A stretch of DNA of 64,000 bases from Octopus sinensis (Eukaryota), in NCBI RefSeq assembly GCF_006345805.1, contig NC_043020.1, forward strand, positions 15,562,001 to 15,626,000, read 5' to 3'. Both the position numbers and the translations under genes were made by a program. Below, piece by piece: positions 26,658 to 38,342 of the stretch (its first letter is position 1; each line of letters opens with the position of its first letter). The notes beneath the pieces were generated by a model that was not told where the DNA came from, did not search any database, and saw only the letters and a list, made by a program, of their open reading frames with translations.

Positions 26658-27187
26658 GAGGCACAATGGCCCAGTGGTTAGGGCAGTGGACTTGCGGTTG
26701 TAGAATCGCGGTTTCGATTCCCAGACCGGGCGTTGTGAATGTTTATTGAGTTAAAACACTTAAATCTCCACGAGGCTCCGGCAGTGGGGGCTGGCGATCC
26801 CTGTTGTACTCTTTTGCCACAACTTTCTCTCAATCTTTCTTCTGTTGGCCTGCTCGCTTAGCCAGTGGGGTGGTGTCATTTGAAGGCTAAAACAATGCAA
26901 AGCGCATTGTGACCAGCGATGTGTAGCAACATCTGATAGCCTGGTCGGTCACAGTGATCACGGTGATGAGCTGGCAGACACGTTAGCGCGCCGGGCGAAA
27001 TGCTTAGCAGTATTTCGTCTGTCGTTACGTTCTGAGTTCAAATTCCACCGAGGTCAACTTTGCCTTTCATCCTTTCGGGGTCGATAAATAAAGTACCAGT
27101 TTCGCACTGGGGCCGATATAATCGACTCAATCCCTTCGTCTGTCCTTGTTTGTCTCCTCTATGTTTAGCCCCTTCTGGGCAGTAAAG

Positions 27188-27223
<36 letters not shown>

Positions 27224-27459
27224 ATGTGTGTTTGTCCACCCCACATCATTGCTTGACAACTGATATTGTTATGTTTATGTCCCCGTAACATTGATCACAT
27301 GCCACATACAATAACCGTGTTCCTCTTTTGTAAGCAGTACCTGATTCCTTTTATACCTAGATCTTCTCTCACTGCTCATTAATACCTTGGCAAATTTGCA
27401 GGTGTATCTGAGGTAACATGGTTATAGTAAGTGGCATGTGATCAATGGATAGCTTTGTT

Positions 27460-27630
27460 GCTAGTCGTTTGGTTAAGTTCACGTTCGTTAGTACTTTCAG
27501 ATCAAAGATCCTTCATCAAACTAATAACAAAAGCATTAACAAATGTGAACTTAACCGAACAACTGGTAGCCTGATGAAGGATCTTTGATCTGAAAGCATT
27601 AATGAATGTGAACTTAACTGAACAACTAGC
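27460..27630. repeat. Foldback with 59-bp arms (27460-27518 / 27572-27630) and a 63-bp tandem unit; each arm carries a hammerhead-like core
   Basis: (C/T)TGATGA-A-GGATC-ttt-GATCT-GAAA on both strands. Confidence 0.8.
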
Positions 27631-28176
27631 AGCTAGATTATCTACAGATCACACGCCAATTAACACTTTAGCATTCATGCACGGCAACATCACATATCCA
27701 TCAGACCATGCTTGCCTCATTTGTTTCTTGTCTTAGCAAATCTTTTGCATTCAAGGCCCACAATTTGTAACATACAGCATTGCAGTTCTAACACAACGTT
27801 CATACGATATATCCTTCACTCCTAGGGAAAAACAAAACAAAAAAAACCCCTTGTTATTTGTAGAGACACATAGAAGGCTCTCACTACACTCTTGGAGTAG
27901 TTGGCATCCAGCTGTAGAAACCGAGCCAAATCAGACTGGTACCTGGTGCAGCACTCCAGCTTACTAGTTCCAGTCAAAACATCTAACCCACGCCAGCGTG
28001 GAAAAATGGACACTAAAGGATGATGATAAGTACATAAATGCTTAACAGTTTGAGCTGCCCAAACTGCTTCCAAACCCTTCTTACTCTGATTGCTATACTT
28101 TGAGAACAACCACCTCCTCTGCTAATTATGTCACTTAGGTGACAGAAGCTACTGACTACTTTCAGTAACCATTTAA

Positions 28177-28389
28177 CCCTTTTGTTACCAACCTGGCTGA
28201 AACCGGCTCTGTCTCTGTAGTACAAACGTCTTATTTTCATAAGTTTTGAATTAAAACCTTTCACCAAACCTTAGTCATAATTTATGTTCCTAACACTAGC
28301 TTAATGATAACTAAGTGATTTTACTAAATTCTTTGTTATAATTGAAAGAAACACAGAGCAGCTCCCAAATGAATACGGTAAGGAAAGGG
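28177..28389 (-). mobile_element. piggyBac-type MITE, reverse orientation, inserted in an RTE fragment
   Basis: TTAA flanks at 28173-28176 and 28390-28393; same internal sequence reverse-complemented. Confidence 0.85.
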
Positions 28390-29692
28390 TTAAGAGAGTC
28401 TACTTCCAATGTGCTCTTAGTGTATAAAGCTCTCATGCATCTGTCACACACAAAACTTACCGCCTCTATTTGTCTGTCTGTGATTCCTCTTCATTGACTG
28501 AGTGTCCATAGCTTACACTTTCTTTCTTTTCTTTCTTTTACTTGTTTCAGTCATTTGACTGCGGCCATGCTGGAGCACCGCCTTTAATCGAGCAACTCGT
28601 CCCCGGGACTTATTCTTTTGTAAGCCCAGTACTTATTCTATCGGTCTCTTTTGTCGAACCGCTAAGTAACGGGGACATAAACATACCAGCATCGGTTGTC
28701 AAGCAATGCTAGGGGGACAAATACAGACACAAACACACACATGCATATATATATATATATATATACATATATACGACGGGCTTCTTTCAGTTTCCATCTA
28801 CCAAATCCACTCACAAGGCTAATTGGGCAACAAAAACTATCAACTACATCAAGTGAGCCAGTTAAGCATTTATGTACTTATCATCCTTTAGTGTCCATTT
28901 TTCCATGCTGGCATGGGTTAGATGTTTTGACTGGAACTGGTAAGCTGGAGAGCTGCATCAGGTGCCAGTCTGATTCAGCTCAGTTTCTACAGCTGGATGC
29001 CCTTCCTAATGCCAACTACTCCAAGAATGTAGTGAGAGCCTTTTATGTGTCACCAGCACTGACCATGACTATGATTTCACTTGACATGAAGTGTCTTCTC
29101 AAGCACAGCAAATTGCCAAAGGTCTCAATCCCTTATCACCTTAATGAGACTCAACGTCCAAACTTCGTCCTTCACCACCTCATCCCATGTCTTCCTGGAT
29201 CTTTCTCTTCCACAGGTTTCCTTCACAGTTAAAGATCGGCACTTCTTTATGAAGCTGTCCTAATTCTGGTATATATTCCTTTATCTGATCAATACAAGTT
29301 TTTAAAAACCTTTTCTGATACAGATATAAATAATTTGGGTGAAATGGTGTCTCCTGGCCTGACTCCTTCACCAATTTTGATACCAGTCTCTTTGTTTATA
29401 GTTGTTTTAGTTCTACAGTTGGTGGAAACATTCACTAATAACTTTGTGGGACATGTGTTTGAAGAAATGATAATAGATGGAATAGCAAATTGGACGCCAA
29501 AGTGGATGCCACATCCAGGAAAAAGGAGGGGAAGACCATGGCAGAAGTTGGAACGAAGACTTTGTTAAGTTCTTCAGTGCCCAAACATGGATGAGCAAAA
29601 CATCAAACTGATTGATGGAGAGAATATAGCGAGGTATTCGTCCAACAGTGGACTGAACATGTGCAAGGATCATGTATGTATATATGTACACT

Positions 29693-30075
29693 GGAGGCGC
29701 AATGGCCCAGTGGTTAGGGCAGCGGACTCGCGGTCATAGGATCGCGGTTTCGATTCTCAGACCAGGCGTTGTAAGTGTTTATTGAGCGAAAACACCTAAA
29801 GCTCCATGAGGCTCCGGCAGGCGATGGTGGTGATCCCTGCTGTACTCTTTCACTACAACTTTCTCTCACTCTTACTTCCTGTTTCTGTTGTACCTGTATT
29901 TCAAAGGGCCGGTCTTGTCACTCTCTGTGTGTCACGCTGAATATCCCCGAGAACTACGTTAGGGGTACACGTGTCTGTGGAGTGCTCAGCCACTTACACG
30001 TTAATTTCACGAGCAGGCTGTTCCGTTGATTCGGATCAACCGGAACCCTCGTCGTCGTAACCGACGGAGTGCTTC
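29693..30075 (+). mobile_element. tRNA-derived SINE family C. Other copies at 26657-26967(+), 25101-25411(-), 18660-18974(-)
   Basis: Head GGAGGCGCAATGGCCCAGTGGTTAGG...GGTTTCGATTC. Body shared between copies, tails differ. Confidence 0.88.
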
Positions 30076-30199
30076 CATATGTACACTGTACAGTAGTGGT
30101 GGTGGTGGAGGAGGAGGAGAAGAAGAATGTATTAATACAATGCATTTGCAAAACAGATAGCCTACTTTTTCTATTATTCTGCCTATGATTCTACATGTC

Positions 30200-30585
30200 T
30201 TGTGTATCCTTATCATAGACTGAGTACAGCAAATGTAGTTCTTATATGCTTCTTTTCTGTGTAATAAACATTTCCCTGAAGATACAGACGTCTTATCTTC
30301 TATCCTACTTACAAACAGCTAACTCTTTGCTACTTTTGTCTTGAGGCTTCTTGATACAAAGTTTTGCTTCCATGCCTAAAATTTCTTTTCTAATTCCATT
30401 AAAGACTTAACTACTAAAACTAGGTCATCAGCACATGAGTTCTCATCAACAGTCAGTTTTAAACTCAGTGATAGCCTGCAGAGCTATAATGAATAGGAGA
30501 GGGCTGACAACTGAGCCTTGATGGACACCCACCTTCACACTAAATTTGTGGTTGAAATCATTGTTGATTCACTTTACTTATTGGA
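30200..30585 (-). mobile_element. RTE LINE reverse-transcriptase fragment (degraded)
   Basis: Minus frame FSVKVGVHQGSVVSPLLFIIALQAIT followed by a degenerate ELxYADDLVL. Confidence 0.8.
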
Positions 30586-30629
30586 CCTTTGGGCAAAGTT
30601 TGTACAGAGCTCATGTGCCATTCATCTAC

Positions 30630-31170
30630 ATATAGTGTCATTAGTGACTACCTAGTTCATTGCCCTAGGAGCACTTCTACGCTGATGACCATACCTAAAC
30701 TAGAGAGGAAATTTCAGGTGTGGAAGCAAGGTCTGGAATGTAAAGGTCTTAGAGTTAATTTAGCTAAGACCAAAGTTCTAGTAAGTAGGAAAATAGACAA
30801 ATTACAAGTTCCTTCAGGTGGATGGCCCATCATGATATGCAGGAAATGTGTTGGTAACTCCATAAGGTGTACCCAGTACAAGCTATGGACACATAAGAGG
30901 TGCAGCAGTATTGGGGGAAGGTTAACAGAGAAAATAGTCTTTGTGTGTAGCAGGTGTGCAGGTACAATAAACACTGAGGATGTACAAATAATAGACTTTC
31001 TCAAATGTCTAGGGGGATCTTTAGAAGTAGTAGATAGTGTCTGTTACTTAGAAGACCAAGTCAGCAGTAGAGGACAAAGCTCTGAAAGCATAGTGGCTAG
31101 AATAAGAACAGAGTGGGAACAAAAGGCCTCTTCCTCAGAGTGAAAGGCAGATTGTATGATGCTTGTGTAC
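30630..31170 (+). mobile_element. RTE LINE RT C-terminal fragment with PHD-like Cys/His insertion
   Basis: YADD at 30678-30689; GLRVNLAKTKV; ICRKCVGNSIRCTQYKLWTHKRC...FVCSRC; VDSVCYLED. Confidence 0.8.
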
Positions 31171-31894
31171 AGGCGCAGGAGTGGCTGTGTGGTAAGTAGC
31201 TTGCTAACCAACCACATGGTTCCGGGTTCAGTCCCACTGCGTGGCATCTTGGGCAAGTGTCTTCTACTATAGCCTCAGGCCGACCAAAGCCTTGTGAGTG
31301 GATTTGGTAGACGGAAACTGAAAGAAGCCTGTCGTATATATGTATATATATATGTAAGTGTGTGTGTGTGTGTGTGTGTCTGTGTTTGTCCTCCTAGCAT
31401 TGCTTGACAACTGATGCCGGTGTGTTTACGTCCCCGTCACTTAGCAGTTCGGCAAAAGAGACCGATAGAATAAGTACTGGGCTTACAAAGAATAAGTCCC
31501 GGGGTTGATTTGCTCAACTAAAGGCGGTGCTCCAGCATGGCCATAGTCAAATGACTGAAACAAGTAAAAGAGTAAAGAGATGAAGTATTTAAATGCACCA
31601 GATGATATTATTTTGTTTCTAGAAATAAATCTTTCAAAAATGATGGTGTCTATTTACTTTTGAGATGTCTGCAACTTCTGTCCACAACATTTCACCTGCA
31701 TGGCAATAGCCAACCAGCTATATGGCACTTTGTTTAGGTGTCACAAAGTGGGATCAAACCAGCTTTGCCTGTAACTTAGGTAAAAGAAACTTAGAGATTG
31801 GTTTGTTCAAGCTTGTTTGGGGTGACTAGGTTGCTACATTTATTGACTTTCTTGTTTTTTATTTAGGAGAGAGAGTTGATGTCAAATAAAATAC

Positions 31895-31945
31895 CTGAAT
31901 TCTCATGATGAGGGTTTCCATCCTGTGTCTCATGGAATTAGGAGT
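31895..31945 (-). CDS. CPOX: Coding exon of CPOX (51 nt, phase 0/0): TPNSMRHRMETLIMRIQ
   Basis: Minus strand gtttattttccAG|ACTCCTAATTCCATGAGACACAGGATGGAAACCCTCATCATGAGAATTCAG|GTATTT. The peptide matches CPOX ..P.DM+.+MELLI...Q and joins in frame to exon 9778-9852 (MRIQ|GEVCHAL vs human LETQAQVCQAL). Confidence 0.88.
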
Positions 31946-32176
31946 CTGGAAAATAAACAAATGACACATATTAAAAATTATTATATGTTTATACATACAC
32001 ACCCACATTACATATATATATGTCACTTCAAGACATATATATATGTCACTTCAAGACAAACATCAATATTCCATGCAATAATCGGTAGCTTGGTTAACCC
32101 ACAAATAAAGAATATTTATTCACTAATTCTCACTGTTTGAAAAATAACATATGTATATATTATAAATAAATATATA

Positions 32177-32405
32177 TAGGGTGTTCATAAATTATCTTTA
32201 CAACTTTCAGAATTGTATCTATTAAAGTTGAGATCCATCAATCAACTTCTCTGCAACCAATAGTGCCCACTTGGAAGTGTTCTTGATGTTTACAATAAAA
32301 TTTTATTTGTTGGTCTACGTTTTCCAATAAATTCTGTTGAGTTATCCTTTATTTCAAATTTTTTCTGAATTTTTCAAATTGTAAAGGTAATTTATGGACA
32401 CCTTG
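32177..32405. mobile_element. Tc1/mariner-type MITE with ~30-bp TIRs and TA target duplication
   Basis: TA|tagggtgttcataaattatctttaca ... tgtaaaggtaatttatggacaccttg|TA. A partial copy of the right end is at ~10720-10818. Confidence 0.75.
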
Positions 32406-32697
32406 TATAATATATCACATCAAAATTTTTTTATGTTAAGTTATAATAAAAACAATTTTACATCAAAATTGAAATATTTATAATCAATACTTTTTGTAGA
32501 GTATAATATTTATTATTCATTAACAAGAATAATGCTGACAGAATTTTGAAACTTTAGCCTGCTAAACCTTCACTGGACTGTCCAATGATAGCTCAGCAGG
32601 CCAAAAATTTGAAATCACTGTTAGCACTAGTCTTGTTAAAGAATTATAAATATATATATATATAGATATATAATACATTGTTTTGAGTTCCCAAACA

Positions 32698-33490
32698 GTT
32701 GAAGGAATCTCAGGTAGAGGTAGACCCAGGGAGACATGGGATGAGGTAGTCAAGCATGACCTTCAAACATTGGGTCTCACAGAGGCAATGACGAAAGACT
32801 GAGACCTCTGGAGATATGCTGTGACTGCGAAGACCAGACAAATAATGTGAGTTCATGGCTGTTTCTTGCACCAGCTTCACATAGCAACCGCAGTCCATCT
32901 AAAGTACCTTGGATTGAAGGTTGGCCTGCTGTGCTTACCTTGGATCATAGGGTGATCTGCTGTGCTTGAGGAGACCTATTGAGTCAAGTACATCAACATC
33001 AAAATAAAAATCATGTAGAAATTGTAGTTGTGATACCCGTGCCAGTGGCACATAAAAAGCACTATCTGAATGTGGCTGATGCCAGCATCGCCTTGACAGA
33101 CTTTTGTGCCGGTGGCACGTAAAAAGCACCAACTGATCGTGGCGTTGCCAGCCTCCTCTGGCACCTGTGCCAGTGGCACATAAAAAGCACTATCTGAATG
33201 TGGCCGATGCCAGCACCACCTTGACTGGCTTCCGTGCCGGTGGCACGTAAAAAGCACCAACCAATCGTGGCCGGTGCCAGCCTCCTGTGGCACCTGTGCC
33301 GGTGGCACATAAAAAGCACCCACTACACTCACGGAGTGGTTAGCATTAGGAAGGGCATCCAGCTGTAGAAACACTGCCAGATCAGACTGGAGCCTGGTGC
33401 ACCCTCCTGACTTCCTAGACCCCAGTCAAACCGTCCAACACATGCTAGCATGGAAAACGGACGTTAAACAATGATGATGATGATGATGAT
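32698..33490 (+). mobile_element. RTE LINE 3' end: ORF2 terminus plus ~640-bp 3'UTR with internal tandem repeats and (TGA)n tail
   Basis: GRGRPRETWDEVVKHDLQTLGL..DLWRYAV, then a UTR ending catgctagcatggaaaacggacgttaaacaa(tga)n. Confidence 0.85.
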
Positions 33491-33536
33491 GAAGTAAGAT
33501 CAACAAAAAAAGAACTCCATCTGGTGAGAGATAAAT

Positions 33537-33690
33537 ATTGTTTAATGTACAAAGTACTTAGTTATGAACTACTAACAGTTTCATTCATTGAAGATCTAAT
33601 CTAGGCAGGTTTTAAAACATGTCTAGATAATATCTTCAATATATGAAACTATTAGTAGCTCATAACTATATACTATGTACATTAAACAAT
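33537..33690. repeat. Foldback with 59-bp arms (33537-33595 / 33632-33690)
   Basis: About 7 mismatches between the arms; 36-nt loop. Confidence 0.85.
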
Positions 33691-35099
33691 AAATAATACA
33701 TACATACATATATATATATACATATACATACATACATGCATACACACACATTTTATGCATTGTGCATATTATGTATATAATATAGACTACATATAATACA
33801 ATTCATATATGATGTTCCAAATACCTTTCTTAAATCATCTTTCCACCAAAGTGGTGGTGATCTGGCAGAATTGTTGGCATATTGAACAAAATGCCTCACC
33901 ATATCCTCCACCATTATGTTTTGAGTGAAGGCACATGGCTCAGTAGTTAGAGCGTCGAGCTTACGATCGTGAGGTTGTGAGCTCGAATCCCGGACCAGGC
34001 TGCATGCTGTGTTCTTGAGCAAGACACTTTATTTCACGTTGCTCCAGTTCACTCAGCTGTAGAAATGAGTTGCGACGTCACAGGTGCCAAGCTGTATCGA
34101 CCTTTGTCTTTCTCTTGGATAACACTGGTGGTGTGGAGAGGGGAGGCCAGTATGCATGGGCGACTACTGGTCTTCCATAAAAAAAACAACCTTGCCCAGA
34201 CTTGTGCCTCAGAGGGTAACTCTCTAGGTGCAAACCCATGGTCACTCATGACCGAAGGGGGTCTTTACCCTTTACCCTTATGTTTTGAGTTCCAATTTCA
34301 ACAAGGTTGGTTTTTGCCTTTTATCCTTTCAGGGTTGATAAAATAACTACCAGTCAAGTACAGGGGGCAATGTAACCAACTTCTCCCTCCCCTCAAAAAC
34401 TGCTGGCCCTGTGCCAAAATTTGAAACCATTATTATTTATTTATTTATTTACTGGCCTATGCCAGGGGTGTAACCAGCTCACTTATGTGTACCTTTCCTT
34501 CATTGGACACTAAACTCTGCTTGCGAAAACCTGATGAGGAAATCGAAATCGAAATCAAATTCGATGACTGGCATCTGTGCTAGTGGAGTGCTAAGAGCAC
34601 CATCTCAGCGTGATTGTTGCCAAGCAGCTAACTGGTTTCTGTGGCAGTGGCACATAAAAAGCACCAGCATTGCCTTACTGGCATTTATGCCGGTGGCACA
34701 TGAAAAAGCATTTGAACGAGGTCATTGCCAGTGCTGCTGGACTGGCTCTTATGCAGGTGGCATGAAAAAACACCATTTGAGCGTGGCCGTTGCCAGTACT
34801 ACCTGACTGGCCTTCGTGTTGGTGGCATGTAAAAGCACCCACTACACTCTTGGAGTGGTTGGCGTTAGGAAGGACATCTAGCTGTAGAAACTCTGCCAGA
34901 TCAGATTGGAGCCTGGCGCAGCCATCTGGTTCACCAGTCCTCAGTCAAATCGGCCAATCCATGCCAGCATGGAAAGCGGACGTTAAACGATGATGATGAT
35001 GACGACGATGATGATGATGGTGATTATGATGATGTTGTTATTTTGTTCTACACAAACCTTTTTAAGCCTTACTCAAAGACATCAACCAACAACAAACTG

Positions 35100-35345
35100 G
35101 ATGTTTTACTATGGCTGTTATTTATGATTAGCAATGAGACATTGTTAATAGAGGAGACCAGAATCTGAGAACTAAGATTCTGTTAAATTTGCAATATTTC
35201 AGTTTTGAAAGAGTTTTAAGAGAATCAGATAATTTCAGGTTGACAAAGATTTTCTTATGATGTGGGCAGTTCTGATGCTTTTGGGTTTCCTGATATTTGG
35301 ATGTAGTGTTTATGAGCACCATTTGGTATTGCACCCAAATCTTTA
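35100..35345 (-). mobile_element. Probable third R4/Dong-like 3' fragment
   Basis: Minus frame LGAIPNGAHKHYIQISGNPKASEL resembles LGMIAKGADCYLTQIPGNPKMAEI of the 7289 copy. Adjacent to (TAA)n. Confidence 0.5.
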
Positions 35346-35476
35346 TTGTTATTATTATTATTATTATTTTAGCAACATTAATGAAAAGAATATCACACAT
35401 TTATAACAATACAGACCAGATTTTTTTTTCCTTCTATCTAGGAATTACTTTTATGAAAAAGAAGAAGAAAAAGAAG

Positions 35477-35543
<67 letters not shown>

Positions 35544-35590
35544 AGAGCAATGACCTGAATTTCTTCGCCATTTCCTCGTACACTACTTAC

Positions 35591-35648
35591 AGACATATGT
35601 ATGTATTATTATCAAAACTAGCAATGTTCTCTGAGAGTGAAAGATTTC
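35591..35648 (-). other. Candidate upstream (5'UTR/start) exon of CPOX, 58 nt
   Basis: gtttctttcAG acceptor and CT|GTAAGT donor. It ends ...TAA TAC ATA CAT ATG TCT, so the ATG at 35596-35594 would be in frame with exon 31895-31945. No homology support. Confidence 0.25.
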
Positions 35649-36485
35649 CTGAAAGAAACCTGATATCTAGATCCAATTTCATTGGTTCAATGAAGAAGCA
35701 AATCATGTAGGAATGGTGAAAGGAAGAAAGAAAGAAAGAAGAAAGACATCTGAAGAATAGAAAAAAAATATGAAGCAAATACAGATCTCTATGTGTGTTT
35801 GTGTGTGTGTGGCCAAAACAAAGTAGAATGTACAAAGAGATTCTAAGTCAATATCAAGATGGGAAGAAATTTGATGCCGGGGAAAAATTAAAAATTAAAT
35901 ACTGGAAATATATAGCAGAGCAAGCAATCATTTTTCAGGTTTCAGAATGGAAATCTTTGAAAAAAGAAAAAAAAAAAAAGATTAAAAAAAACCCAACAAA
36001 GACAGAACAACAGCAACAACAAAATATAGAAGAAAAATTACAAAAAAAATGAAAGTAAAAAGATGAAGATGGATAATAAATAAATAAATTTCTTAAAGAC
36101 ATTTTCAGTATAGAAAACACCAAAGTATTGCTAAATAAAAGCAGATATAGTCTAACTTATTGACTGGAAATGTGTAGCCATCAGTTTATAAGAGAGAGAG
36201 ATATGCTGGCTTTTACAATCTAAATTATTCAAAATACACTGAATAAACAAACATACATTTATACATATTCCCCCCCCCCCTCTATCTGTACATATTTTTA
36301 TTATATCTATATATGTACACACATCACATACACACTCATATACATACAGACATATATAAATACAACATACAAACGTGTGTGCGTGTGCACATATATATAT
36401 ATGTATACATATGTATATATATATATGTGTGTGTGTCTGTATATATATATATATATATGTATACATATGTATATATATATGTGTG

Positions 36486-36536
<51 letters not shown>

Positions 36537-36549
36537 GTATATATGTGTG

Positions 36550-36586
<37 letters not shown>

Positions 36587-36605
36587 ACATATGTATATAT
36601 GTGTG

Positions 36606-36680
<75 letters not shown>

Positions 36681-36707
36681 GTATACGTATGTATATATGT
36701 GTGTCTG

Positions 36708-36740
<33 letters not shown>

Positions 36741-38047
36741 ATGTATATACACGTATATTGTTGTATTTGGGGATGGTTGTCATCATACATACCTATGTAC
36801 ATATGTATACACATACATCCATACATACAGCTTAAAGCTAAGTTTTAACAGATTTGTTCTGTTAATTTCTGCCAACTGATGTGTTTTTGTAAACTGCGAA
36901 AATGGTGAAGAATTTTGTAGTTTTACTCTCTCAAACGGTATAAATTTGGAAATATCACAGAAATGTTATTGTTCTTCTTTCTCTTTCTTCTTCCTTCTAG
37001 TTAACAGATGCAACGATAATAAAATATTTATTAAAAATTATCAGAAAAACATGAACAAAAGAAGCATGCAATCCTTTGTAGGGAGGGCATGATTATAACT
37101 GTTGCTGTACCGTATATATTCTGCTCTTTTTGGTGAGAGTACATTACCATAGTGTAGATTCTGAGAGAGAGAGAGAGAGAGAGAGTAAGAGTCACAGTTT
37201 CTGCTGTACAGAATCTAGTTTCCTTGAAAGAAATATAATTTGTGCATTGTAAGAGGCAATATACACAGAAGACATAACAGTTTGTGGAGAGGAATTAGAA
37301 GAACTTGGTTTAGTATATTGGACATGCAATGTCTAACTTTGGAGATAGGCTGAATACAAGTGAACAAGTGAGTGGAGGAAGTGAGTGGATGTATAAGATA
37401 ATGGCTGGTGTATACAGGAAAGATCTGGGCAAGAATTATAGATGGGGAAATATAGATGGATGAAGTAAGCGATGGGGAAAACTGCTTTGAGTCAGTGCTA
37501 GATAATGTGTATGTTAGGAATAGATTGGTGTACATCATAGAAATAAGGTGATCCTAAAATCTCATTTCAAAATGGGAAACTCAGTTATTAACCCTTTAGC
37601 ATTAAGATTACTGCCAAAAAGCAATGTTTTCATGGGTCAGATGGAATTTGTTGAGGCAAATTTTTTTTATGGCCGGATGCCTCTTCCTGTTACCAAGCCT
37701 CACCTTTTTCCCAGCAAGGTAATTTTTCCCTGGCCAATTATCGTTTCCCAAAGAAGACTGGAAATGAACAGCCTGGTGATACTCATTTACAAGTATAACA
37801 TGATACTATGACAAGGATACTTACAACTCACAACCACCGCCACTGCCGCCACCACCACATCATTATCATTTAACATCTACTTTCCATGCTGGCATGAATT
37901 GGAGACTTTGGCAGAAGCCGACAAGCCAGAACACTGCACTAAGTGTTACTGCCTGCTTTGACATGGTTCCCATAGCCAGATACCCTTCCTAATGCCAAAC
38001 ACATTAGAGAGAGTACTGGGTGCTTTTTACATGGCACTGGCAAGAAC

Positions 38048-38342
38048 ACATCATCATCATCATCATTGTTCGACCGTGGTCGAGACAATGGAATTTATCA
38101 TGCTACGCCAGACTTCACAGTCCATCATAGCATTACAGAGGTCCTGTTGCTGGATGCCTGTATCCCTGGAGATTACATCAGGGTAGGAGAGTGTGGGCCC
38201 TCTGGTATCGCGAGTAGATGGCTTCCAGAGGAGAAGAGTAGAAATTGCCTCGTTTTCAGATCTACAATAAGGTCCAGCAAACTGGACTCTTCTACCTTTC
38301 ACAAGAGATGACACAGGTGGTAGTTTCCCATATATTTGCAAA
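38048..38342 (-). mobile_element. Shorter copy of the same RTE family as 47680-48262
   Basis: ORF 38063-38341 is nearly identical to 47957-48256; (TGA)n tail. Confidence 0.88.

Larger units (their letters stand above)
27300..28500 (-). mobile_element. Old RTE LINE ORF2 fragment split by three later insertions
   Basis: Minus-strand FVCDRC, VSSFCHLSDIISRGGG and WALNAKDL..NEASM..W. Interrupted by a MITE (28177-28389), an RTE 3'UTR copy (~27860-28030) and a foldback (27460-27630). Confidence 0.6.
9853..31894 (-). other. CPOX: 22,042-bp CPOX intron filled with transposons
   Basis: GT at 31894-31893 and AG at 9854-9853. The flanking exon peptides are contiguous in the CPOX family, so no extra coding exon is needed between them. 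Confidence 0.8.

Noticed and set aside
34536-34570. CTGATGAG..GAAA in an RTE 3'UTR
   Set aside because: Only a 1-bp helix II and no helix I; other UTR copies lack the core.
35554-35570. ATG GCG AAG AAA TTC AG|GT as the CPOX start
   Set aside because: Phase 2 is incompatible with the phase-0 exon at 31945, and the donor is weak.
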